Shown here piece after piece: positions 13,401-24,565 of a DNA stretch of 64,000 nt. A program made the translations under genes and the position numbers. Position 1 is the first letter of the stretch. Each line of letters opens with the position of its first letter. The notes beneath the pieces were generated by a model, which saw nothing but the letters and a program-made list of their open reading frames with translations, did no database searches and had not been told where the DNA came from. The stretch comes from Adineta vaga (taxonomy: Eukaryota > Animalia > Rotifera), in NCBI GenBank assembly GCA_021613535.1, contig CP075493.1:17732001-17796000 (forward strand). Reading direction: 5' to 3'.

Positions 13401-14106
13401 ACCACACAGAATTAAATTTCGTTCATGTTCTTTACCACCATCTGTGGCGTTATATAAACCATAGTTTTCAGCAATAATATCAGCATCATCGTTCAACAAG
13501 ATTTTACAATTCGATGAGAGATGTTGTCTTAAGCCGATATGATTTGTATGACTAACGACAGACGATACATCTTCCTCTGTTAACGCTCCGCTGACCATTA
13601 CCGGTTTCAGGTATGTAGATGGAAACATTTTTTCAGTTTTTGTGATAGCTTTTTCCATTTGACGAAAAGCATGCGATTTACCACTTCCTTTAAGACATCA
13701 AAAAATAGTATATTAAAAAATCAACTTAAATGAAAGTTAGATAGAATCTTAAGTTCTCTTTTTAGAGATGTATTTTGACTTAAATAAAAAAATCTTTTGT
13801 GCAACATCAATGATACTGACCGCTTGCACCCAAAACCCACATGTACAACTGAACGGGTCGATGATCAGTGCCGACAAAATGAGTATAATATGATCCTCGA
13901 GCGAAGTGTGACATCATTCCCAATGACATAAAAAATGACAGGGATGGATCATAGTTATACATTTGTTTGTAGCTATTAATCATTCCCATTTGTCGCTCAC
14001 TCAAAATTTCATTGATATTGAACTTCATTTTTGAAACCACCGAAATATTATGCAATATCATTTCAGATAACAGCTTCTCGTCAAGCATTGATCCTCGCTT
14101 AGCCAT
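10416..14106 (-). CDS. DUF3987/YfjI-like P-loop ATPase (putative helicase) with C-terminal winged-helix-like repeats, multi-exon
   Basis: Walker A GASG|SGKS split by an intron (~13821-13688), Walker B-like LLNDD, ILCGYDG, LTIFIATTG, DGSHNRF (Arg finger-like), YGKAADTIPRIA and DAVLAA..WY. Repeats NRPALGEQALKELINDGLL and NRPSIRLEAITRLIEAELL. Confidence 0.72.
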
Positions 14107-14961
14107 GTTACTATTAAAACAACATAATTAATCATGTATTTCATTCGTAAAAAAATAACTTTACCGAAAAAATTGAACTTTATTTCTATAAATTAGCAGA
14201 CAATTTAACCAACAGTAACTTGAATTTTCGTTATATAAAATTAGCTGTGTACAGATGATATTTCTCCTTATTCGAAAAATCCTTTAAATAGGCCTCGCTC
14301 ACAAAGAAATCCTATCAGTTTATTGCCTTGTTATAAAAAAAAAAGATAAATAGTACTGATATCAACCAAATACAAAGAAAACATGATGACGTCTAGCGAA
14401 ATCTTAACCAAAACCAGTCTTCTTTGATCGAAAATATATCATATCATCTTGTGATATATCGTATACGACATACCCTTGGTACATCAGTAAGAATCGAAAA
14501 CATTCTTCTTCAGCTGTGAACATATGATTACATCTGATATATCATATGACAAACCCTAGACAGAAAGGAAAGCAAAAAAATACAGCTGATGTCTGTCAGC
14601 TGTTCACAGAACGCAAAACCATATATACATCCATATATTTATCACGTATATCATCCAGTTAAATAACAGAAAAGAAAAAAAACATCGTGACATAAAAATC
14701 ACATATACAACCTATACCAAAACAAGGCTATTTCTTTTATTCGAGAAACTTTATCGAACATAGAAGCTTTCATACTAATCGCTTAAATATCAATACTAAA
14801 GCTTTCAATGCACTTTCTATAAAAATTAAACCAATTTAATCATCTACTTACACCGCCGGATTCCAAAAAAACTCACAGCAACAAACCTAATCAACAACTA
14901 ACATTTTCCTTCACCTTCCATTTCGTTTTTCCGTCTTAAAGCTTCATACTCCTATATGATC

Positions 14962-15550
14962 ATAATGAATTATCTCTGTTATATATAGAAGAATTTTAAA
15001 ATTTTATATTCGAAGTAAACTTCTGATTTCTTCTTTCCTATTTACTGTAGGTGTTCATATACACATATGATGAATTATCTTTGTTATATATAGAAGAATT
15101 TTAAAATTTTATATTCGAAGTAAACTTCTGATTTCTTCTTTCCTATTAACTGTAGGTGTTCATATACACATATAATGAATTATCTTTGTTATATATAGAA
15201 GAATTTTAAAATTTTATATTCGAAGTAAACTTCTGATTTCTTCTTTCCTATTAACTGTAGGTGTTCATATACACATATGATGAATTATCTTTGTTATATA
15301 TGGAAAAATTTTGAAATTTTATATTCGAAGTAAACTTCTGATTTCTTCTTTCCTATTTACTGTAGGTGTTCATATACACATATGATGAATTATCTTTGTT
15401 ATATATAGAAGAATTTTAAAATTTTATATTCGAAGTAAACTTCTGATTTCTTCTTTCCTATTAACTGTAGGTGTTCATATACACATATGATGAATTATCT
15501 TTGTTATATATGGAAAAATTTTGAAACTTAATAGTCGAAGCAAATTTCTG
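14962..15550. repeat. 105-bp tandem repeat, ~5.5 near-identical copies (KDZ right subterminal)
   Basis: ACACATAT recurs at 15061, 15166, 15271, 15376 and 15481. Confidence 0.95.
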
Positions 15551-16850
15551 TTTTCTGTTGTCTACGGAGACGAGTGCGAGAGTAAATTTCTGCTGAAAAT
15601 GCAGAAATCAGAGGTAGAACTTTGTTCAAAACTGGTTACAATTTGAGATTTGCCACGTCCTCCGTCGTCATGGACTTCTGGAGACCCAAAGGTCCAAAAA
15701 TGGCCTAAAGTTTTCCCCCCCGCAAATCCACAGATTTCAATATTTTGGGCTGAAATTTATACTGTAGATAGTAGACCCCAATCCTGGGGTATATATTTTT
15801 TTTTTTTGAAAAATTCCTAAAACTCACTTCAGGAGATCCAAAATACTGAGGACATCCTCCAAAACCTCGCTTTTCAGGGTGCTAAAAATTTTGCAAATGC
15901 TGCCAAATTTTTTTGGTGAGACATATCAACAAAAAAAAAAAAACATACCCCCCAAATCAGTTGAAGCCTTACCAAAAAAATTTTCAGCCCGATCGGACTT
16001 ACAATGGTGGAGAAAAAGGGGGAAAACTGGTTTTTGTTACCCAAAAAACTAGTTTCGAGAAAAATGCAAAATAAGAAAAAGTTGTGGAAAATTTTTCTTT
16101 TTCCGTTTGTATGCTAGTATTTTTGCTACTTTTGTGGTACTGAAGGTAGTTTTGCATGAGGAATCCGAATCTGAGGTCGGTTTTAATTAAATAATTAGTC
16201 GAGTTATTAATTAAATATTAATTAGTCCTTAATTAGTTGATCAATTTTTTATAATAGAGCAAAAGGAGTATTCGATGATGTAGAATCCGAATCTGATGTC
16301 AGATTTATTTATTTAATTAATTAGTTAACTGATTTTGGTTAAACAACGATTTTTCTGGAAAAATCCAACTTACTCAAATATGAATGGTGAATATGAATCG
16401 AACATCAATTCTGATTTATTAATTATTATTAACTGATTAATTGATGAGAGACATGAAAAATTCGAATAAAACGTGTCAATAATTAGCCATTGATGAAACA
16501 TCTATATCTACAATCCATTCTAATTAGCTAATTAATCATTTATTAATTATTAAAAATCTTTTTTCTTTTTATCTAAAAGTAAACAAGCATGAAAAATCCG
16601 AATGTGTAGAGACAATGAAAGTGTTCTCCCCTCTAATACTACTATTTCTCACTTTCAAATCTTTAATCGTATTATTCTCCACTCACAAGTCTTTCTTTAG
16701 TAAGTTTTATTAGATATCTTATAGTTTTATATAAACTTCCTTTTCCCATAAGAAACAAGAAAAACAACAAGCATTTATGTATGGCAAGCAACATCAAAAT
16801 TGAGAAAAATATTCGTTCAAGGTATGTTTATTTCTTTTTTAAAAATACAA

Positions 16851-18890
16851 TTAGTCAAATGCCCCTGATTCATAGTTATATTTTTCTTGTTGATTGAGAC
16901 ATTGTTCAGTTAGTATTCTTCGAAGTCGTTTCTTTCGTCGATTTGCTCTGCTTTTGAATTTATGTTCTTTTATTCGTTGATCATCATTTGACTTCAGCAT
17001 TTTTTCACATGCGGGAGTTGAACTACGGATACCACATTTTTCAAAGAGTTTCTTGATTGATACTTCATAACCATCGTTGCAAAGAACAGCAGCTAGAGAA
17101 ACAGCATCACCAACATATTTGGCAGAATGAAATTGTGTTTTAGGACACAAAGACCAAATATAACTGTGATAAGATTCATTTGGATTGGTTGTTCCTCCAT
17201 CGACCACCTTCGACAACATTTCATCAGAACACATCTTTTCATAAACAGGACGGATGGCTTTCATTACTGCAGGTGCTAAGCTATGTTTGCTAGGATCAAA
17301 TGTTTTATATCTGTATATATAACACTTTGTTGGATCACAATAATCATGATTTGGACTTTCACGTGTAGAACTGTAATGATAAAATGTAGCTAAAATATAA
17401 AATATAAACGAGAGATATTAGTAAGAATAAAGCATACCCCAACAAGCAACTTTCATTGATTCTAAATCATTGACATGAGATCGAATAGCTGAGCCATAAT
17501 AAACAGTTAGTTGATGAATTTTATCATCAGTCAAACGTCCATTCCGACCTCCAATTGACAATCCATCTTCTAATTTTGCACCTCTATATTTTTTCTTTAT
17601 TGCTTCTAGAGCAGTGCGCATTCTAAACTAAAAAAGTAGATATCTTATCATAAAGATAGCAATATTACCGTTTTGAAAAATGATTGATACATTGAAGACG
17701 TCGAATAGAAATCTCTTCATATGGTTGAGCATCGAGAAGAGCACGTTCATTGTTTGCATCACCATCACCGATGTACGTCGTGTATCGTAGAAGATGTTTG
17801 GATTCCGACCGACGAAAAGCTTTTACAATTCCTAAAAGATACCAAATATTAGTAAAAACTCCTTCAGCGTAATCTATTCAAACCTGCAGCCTCCATTCCA
17901 GATGATGAACCTGAATGATTTTCTTCACAACCACTTTCGATGTGTTCTGCTAAAAGTCGCTGATACATTTTAGGATTGTGTTCTCTAATGCCTAATAAGC
18001 CAGAACAGGTGGTGCAATGCCGACTTAGACATTCGAAGTCTAATACTTTTGGAGGATCCGACGTTGAGCAAACAGTTGCTACTCCATGTAAACTTGAATG
18101 TCCACGACGAGTCAGCCATGTACCATCAATTGACACTTTGATATTTGAAACTCCTTCATGATCAGCAGGTTCAAGTGATTGTTCTGCTGCTTCTTCAGCT
18201 AAAATATAATAGAACAAAAACAACATATAGAAAAGAAATAAAAAATAGTAAATTTTACCGGCTCTTCCAAGACTTTTATCTTTCACAACATCTACAGCAT
18301 CTGAATATATTTTTTGATATTTCTTCCAGCTTTTTACTTTAACTGGTGGTAAAATATTCAACATGCCTAAAACTGTAGTCATGCCTGTTCGTTTCATTCC
18401 AACTACATTAGCTGCTGCACACGCCATCATAAAACTCATTCAAGGATCACATAATATCCTAGTCATTTGTGAAAGATGTTTCAAACGAACAAGAACATGA
18501 AAACGTGATGTGATATAAGAGACCACGACGTTGAGTAACTTTTTGAGACATTTTACCAACACGACGACATGAAGGACAACACATTTTATTGATCAAATTC
18601 AGTATCATGCCAATGCTGACGATAATATTCACATTATCGAACCCAATATCATTTGATATAGATTCATCATCAACATAGTGTGGTTCATTTTCATCTTCAG
18701 TAGTAGATGGTGTTGTTGAAGTTGATCTAGCATGAAGTTGAGCACGAGATAAGGTCAACTTTTTTTGTGTTGCTGTTACTAAATGATCAACTGATGTTTC
18801 TGCAGCATTATGTATCAAGTTTTTGTTTGCATGACGTTGCAATTCAAGCTTTTGGTTTTGCAATCTTTTAGGTATATAGTTTTTACCCAT
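16851..18890 (-). CDS. Kolobok DDE transposase, multi-exon, disrupted near 18440-18460
   Basis: CPSC..CSC, SIDGTWLTRRGHSS, HSGSSSGMEAAG, YTTYIGDGDA, CINHFSKR, GRLTD and TTNPNESYHSYIW. Stops and a frame change follow FTND. Confidence 0.82.
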
Positions 18891-18912
18891 CTAAAATATA
18901 TTTACTATTTAG

Positions 18913-19294
18913 TGATGGTCGATCATTGCGCGCAGCACAATTAGAAGCAATCAAAACACTTCTCGATAAATGTTATCAAGATGCTAATACTACTATGCCT
19001 TCACATATTTATAATATTCTATTCGAAAAAAAATTCGACAATACCTCAGCTCGGCATCGTGTTACTACAGATGATGTTATAACAACTGATGTTGAACCAC
19101 GTGCAGCATTTATAAATGAAATAAATATTATTTTGTCGAAGAAATCAAAGAAAAAAAATCATCTACTACCACCAGTTATACTTCAACTGATGCGCCTTCG
19201 ATTTCCAAACGACCTTGACAAAGATAAAACTCTCAAAAATGCAATTGATGTGTCTATCGATGATTTTATTCAATGGACAAAGCATATAAAGTGA
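18913..19294 (+). CDS. Candidate Kolobok accessory ORF, divergent from the transposase
   Basis: 122-codon open frame preceded by a TTTAG acceptor at 18912; no recognisable motif. Confidence 0.4.
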
Positions 19295-19659
19295 AGAATT
19301 TTATGGTTTTTCATTTATTTTTATTGCATCAAACAAGAAAAAGTAAAATCATATAAAAAAGAAGGTCTTATTTCTCATATGCGATTATGACTCATAGTGA
19401 TAATTCCTGATTATATTCGTCACGAAAAGACCAATAGATGCATCAAGTATAATCGATAATGGAAGGACAATGAATCAATAGCTTTGATAACTAAATATTT
19501 CAAAATAGATGTCACTTGGGACAGGAGTTTTATGGATGACTTACGGTGCCCTAATTCGACTTGGAACTGCATGAGCCGAAATGGTTATAACCAGTACATT
19601 TGAAGAAGAAAATATGATGAAACATCGTTAGAAATAAAAATTGAAAAAATTGAAAAAAC

Positions 19660-19860
19660 ATTTTTTTGCCAAAAAAAGTCTCCAAAAACATGATTTTTCA
19701 GAGACCTCTAGGCCTTGGATGGTTCCGATTTTCATAGTGTATATATATTATATCATAATATAACTTTTTATGAAAAAAAAGTTTTTTTGTGAAAGTGGTC
19801 TCCAAAAAACCTGGTTTTTCGGAGACTTCCGGACCTGGGACGGTTCTGATTTTTATAGCA
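19660..19860. repeat. Two ~120-bp degenerate direct repeats (Kolobok subterminal)
   Basis: GTCTCCAAAAA..TTTTTC.GAGAC..GGTTC.GATTTT occurs twice. Confidence 0.6.
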
Positions 19861-20249
19861 CACCTAGAGGGGACCTTGATGGACCTTTGTATGAAAGAAA
19901 AAAAAAATCGAAAAAAAAAATTTTTTTGGCTGGGAAAGGGGAGGGGTCCCCTTAATACGATTTTTTAAAAACGCATTCATAATAGCCCCTATCTACTCTA
20001 TACAAACAATCGATCTGTGAAAAATTAAAGGGAAAAGAAAAGGAAACAAACAGGTTAATACATCTTTGAAGCGAAGTCATCAATAAGTCATGTTTGATGA
20101 GAAGGTGTTAATGTGATCTCAGTACTGTTTCTATAGATAAATATCGAAAAGCAAGTTGAATTATACGAAGATGATTACTTATTGATATATAAAATGATGG
20201 AGCAATTCATTTACGATAATTCAAAAAATGTATGTTTTTTCACATATAG

Positions 20250-23186
20250 ATGTAATTGACGATGAAGATGTGTTTGATGACGAAGCAATTAACGATGAAA
20301 ACAACGATGAAGAACATTTTCAGGTTCAACCGGCGGAAGATAAAAACAACTTTATTCTTGTTAATACACGCATTGATTATCAATATCGTTCAGACAAACT
20401 CAATAAAACGTGTTTATATGATTTTGTCAGTACATTTTATAAGAAAAAAATTAATGAAACAGATTTAAGATATTTATCGAAATCTTCTACAGCACAAGAA
20501 CGACAAGATAATCAAAGAGGTCGACCATGTAATGAACGATTTTCTTTTCAAAACGAACATCCTCAAACAACAACACATCTACTCATGAAATATAGTGAAG
20601 TTCATGTACCCGTTCTTTATGGTCCTCAAATTCCTCGACAAGATCGTGATGATACTCGAGAGCGATACAATCGTGCACTTCTCACACTTTTTGTACCATG
20701 GCGCAATGTAACCGATCTTTGTAACATTGATGAAACATGGGAAGATGCATTCGAATCTCGAAAAGATCTTATTTTTGCTCATTCATGGAAGATTATAGAA
20801 AATATTCAACTTTTACATGAATGTAAAAAAGATCGTGATGAACATCTACTTCAAGTTATTGCCGAAGCACAAGTCGATAATGATTCGATTGAACCTACAT
20901 TTTTACCATCAAATCAAGGTGCTGATGGTGAATACGAAGTAGATGATATCGACGGTTTGATTCAACTAATAGGCAGTGTAGATGAATATACAGCTGCTGC
21001 AATTAATGCTACGAAAAAATCAACAGAAAATGTGTATATTCGAGAAACAGTTGAAGCTGTCGAAAAAGTTGGACGTTTCAATCACATGAATCGTAAGTGC
21101 TATTTGTTTTATGACTCATATCCTTTAGAAAAAATATAAACTGTTTTAGAACAGGATCAACATGTTTCACATACGGGTATTGATCGACAAATTGTACCGT
21201 TTATTTCTGCAACTTCTAATCTCATTAAACTTAATTCAAAATGGCAAGATCAATTGAAGATTGAAAAAGAACGAATTAGACGCAGTTTGATTTCGGGAAA
21301 ACATAATAATGATGATGATAGATTGAATTATGATGATGTAACCAACGCCGTTGTAACCGTAGTCAATCCATGTAATAATTGAACTGATTTCGAAAAAAAG
21401 ATATCAATTCCTCCAGTACTTGTAGTTAAAAACAATTACTCAACTCAAAGAAGCATCATTGATGAATTTACATTGAACAAAGAATAAAAAGCTGCATTCT
21501 TGATAATAACAAGTCATCTCGATGGTGATAGTCGATGTCGTACAGGTATTTCCGTGAAATAAATCATTGCTTCTTTGATTCAATAATCCATTTTAGGTGA
21601 CAATAATGGTCAACTCATTATGTGTGTACCTGGATGTGGTGGAACGGGCAAATCACAATTGATTCGTGCTCTTACAGAATATTTTCTTGTTACAAAAAGA
21701 ATGCAAATGATGCGAAAACTTGCATCTACCGGAATTGCAGCTGCTGAAATTGGTGGCATGACAATTCATTCATTTTCGGGTGAACAACGTAATTCATGAA
21801 AGCCACGTACCATCAAACCAGGTGATTCCAAACTTGAAAACGAATGGAGACCTGTTGAATACCTTTTAATTGATGAAATGAGTATGGTTGGCTTAACATT
21901 ATTAGGAAAACTCAATAGAATCATTTGCTCTGCCAAACATGTTGATGTTCGAGTTTCATTTGGTGGTGTGAACGTCATCTTCTTTGGCGATTATTTACAA
22001 TATCGACCAGTCTATGATTCACCACTGCATACTGATTTTTCATTATCATCAAAAAAGAAACAGGGAAAAATACCATCTGAAAAAGAAATTCAACAACTTG
22101 TTGCACGTTCTTTAATTCTTCAAATGAATTGTGTGGTGAAACTTACACAACAGATGCGAACAGAAGATTTACGATATCTTCAATTACTCGATCGGCTTCG
22201 TCATGGACAATGCAGTTATGACGATTATGAATTATTGCAAACACGACTTGTTGGACAACCATCAATAGAATCTCTACATGATTCTCCATGGAACAAAGTA
22301 AATCAACTTTTTCATATAAAGAAAGAACTATTTTAATGTTTTTTAGGCGCCTATTCTCGTGTTTCGAAATGAAATTCGCACTCAAATAAATAATAAGGCT
22401 GCAATTCATAATGCAACACAGATGGGTCATCCACCGATGGTATGTGTTGCTCAAGACACGTGTAAAGGCAAAGTAATCGAAGATCCAGTATTGCGTAAAA
22501 AGCTATTAGAGTTATCTGATAGCAAGACAGAACATTTACCTGGTCTATTACCTTTTGTACCAGGTATGCCTGTCATTTTAACGCAAAATATTGCTACTGA
22601 ATTAGGTCTTATCAATGGTATTAATGGAATATTTCGACAATTAGTATATCACGAAGATTCGGTATCAACAGGAAATTTATCAGAAATGTTTCCGAATAAT
22701 ACACAATATATTCGTCGACCAATATATGCTTTAATTGAGATTGTTAAATCGAAGATTGAATGCAAACTTCAAGATCTTCAACCAAAACTTATACCAATTC
22801 CACTTATAGAACAAACATTTCAGGTTGACGTTGCTGATCTTATTCCAAAAGATAAGAAACCAAAATCAAATCAAAAGACAGTTTTATCAATTAAACGATC
22901 TGCATTACCACTTGTACCTGCTTATTGTATTACAACACATAAAAGTCAAGGTCAAACATTGAGCAAAGTGGTTATCGATTTAAAATTACCAAATGAAACG
23001 GATGATATTGCAGCAGTGTACGTGCCATTATCTCGTGTAAAACGTTTAGCCGATCTAGCTATTCTACGACCATTTGATTATAAAGTTTTGCTGATGAAAC
23101 CATCTAAATCTCAAGTTACCGAAATGGAAAGACTGGATCAACTGTTTTTGAAAACACGATCACGTTTTCCGGAATGGTTTCAATAA
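20250..23186 (+). pseudogene. Helitron PIF1-family helicase exons
   Basis: PGCGGTGKS, LIDEMSMV, FGDYLQYRPV, LTQQMR, ITTHKSQGQTL and YVPLSRV; premature stops near 21380, 21485 and 21797. Confidence 0.92.
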
Positions 23187-24565
23187 ATCATACATTTAAT
23201 AAGACAGCTCTTACTGATTTTATCAATTTGTACAATAGACAATTTGCATTTTCCATAAATTTCATTATCTTTCATTAAATTATGGAATTTCCACATTTTA
23301 ATATTCTTTAAGATAAGATGATTGTACTTTCAGATTATGTTGTGCATATTTACATAGATATTGTTTTTTCTGTTCATTTTTCTTTGTTTCAATCACATAT
23401 AAAATAAATTTTTGTTATGCAGTTGATTAAGACAGTTTTTGACAAACCTTCTCCACTGCAATTTGAATTAGAATATTTTTTTTTTAATTCCTACGAAATG
23501 ACTTATACGATTACAAGCTTGAAAAGAACTGTGACGAGTATATAATAATAGAATCCAAAATATTATGAATGATTTCAGCATGAAAAACATTTACTGTTAG
23601 CCATTCAGTCGAGGGTTAAGCGAGTTTGCCTCGACGAGCGTTACTAGTTGTAACTAAACGATAATTCGTCTTTGGTAATAAATTCTCAAAACGATTTCTC
23701 TTTGTTAAATAAGTTTCAATTGGTAAAGTCGTATTCATATTTACTTAATTTAATATTCATTTCAAGTCGAAAATAAGGAATTTCTAATGACCATATCAGT
23801 AAAATAGTAGTTGAATGTGATGTTATATAAGCATATTTCTTTTCATTAGGGATTGTTGTTATTTTTGACATTTTGATCAATTTGGGAAAACTACGTTCCC
23901 AGCGTTTTTCTGTTTGATCATTTCCATAATATCAACTGATTTAAAAAAAAATGAATATCGATTACCAATAATGACGTAAAACGAAAGTAATCTTTACCAT
24001 TGATAGAAAATAACTAGTACGATAAATATCTTGAGGGTTTGGGTGTTATTCTCTAAGATTATTCACATACTCACACTCAAGAAGAATAAAATGACAATTG
24101 TGCTTTGAGATATAAATCGCTTTATCGCAATATTTTATTGTTGATACTGATATAACACTACAGTAAAGAAACATATACCTTTTTTTTGTCGTTTATCTGT
24201 CAATAAGTATTTTAGATTAAAAAAAAGTACGATTAAGTACGATCGTAATCTGTAAATGTTACTCGTACTTTTGTTGAAAGTACGATAGGATTTTGTTTGT
24301 CGAAGAGATTAGATTAGATTAGATTAATTGTTAGTTTAGTATAAATTTATATATATACATAAGAGATTTGTTGTTGATAATACAATAATAAATCTGATAT
24401 TGCGATTGTATAAATACATTTGTCATCTACTGGAATTTCTCACGATTCATAATCAGTAAGTAGAAGTTTCTTCATCTTATCATCAAAATACAACTGGCAA
24501 TTGAAATAATCATCATAATTCTTGGTTCGATTACAAACAAATATTTATTTACTTTGAACAACTAA

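Larger units (their letters stand above)
7496..15662 (-). mobile_element. KDZ (Kyakuja-Dileera-Zisupton) transposon, 8167 bp, two genes
   Basis: 8-bp TSD CGTCGTCA (7488-7495, 15663-15670), imperfect TIR GTGGCAAAT[A/C]TCAAATTG[G/T]AAC, KDZ transposase inside. Confidence 0.88.
7363..19951 (-). mobile_element. Kolobok DNA transposon (~4.4 kb net)
   Basis: TTAA TSD (7359-7362, 19952-19955), GGGGACCCC..CCTTTCC short TIRs, Kolobok-type DDE transposase inside. Confidence 0.85.
3063..19998 (-). mobile_element. pogo-superfamily (Fot-like, DD35D) DNA transposon, ~4.34 kb net, with 661-bp TIRs
   Basis: TA TSD at 3061-3062 and 19999-20000. Left TIR 3063-3723 is the reverse complement of 6745-7362 plus 19956-19998 (right TIR split by the Kolobok). 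Confidence 0.92.
1..23647 (+). mobile_element. Helitron (Helentron/Helitron2-type RepHel), decayed; 5' end lies upstream of the window; hosts nested insertions
   Basis: HUH Rep motifs and PIF1 helicase motifs on the same strand, joined by a phase-1 intron (donor 2780, acceptor 20249). The 3' end has a GTCGAGG..CCTCGAC hairpin followed by CTAG|T at 23644-23648. Confidence 0.92.

Noticed and set aside
14962-15550. CRISPR-like array
   Set aside because: Units are contiguous and near-identical with no unique spacers, there are no cas genes, and the context is eukaryotic.
7363-19951. piggyBac (TTAA TSD) or Mutator (profile name often given to this transposase type)
   Set aside because: The ends are GGGG rather than CCY, the TSD is 4 bp rather than 9 bp, and the DGTW/GDGD/NES motifs fit Kolobok.
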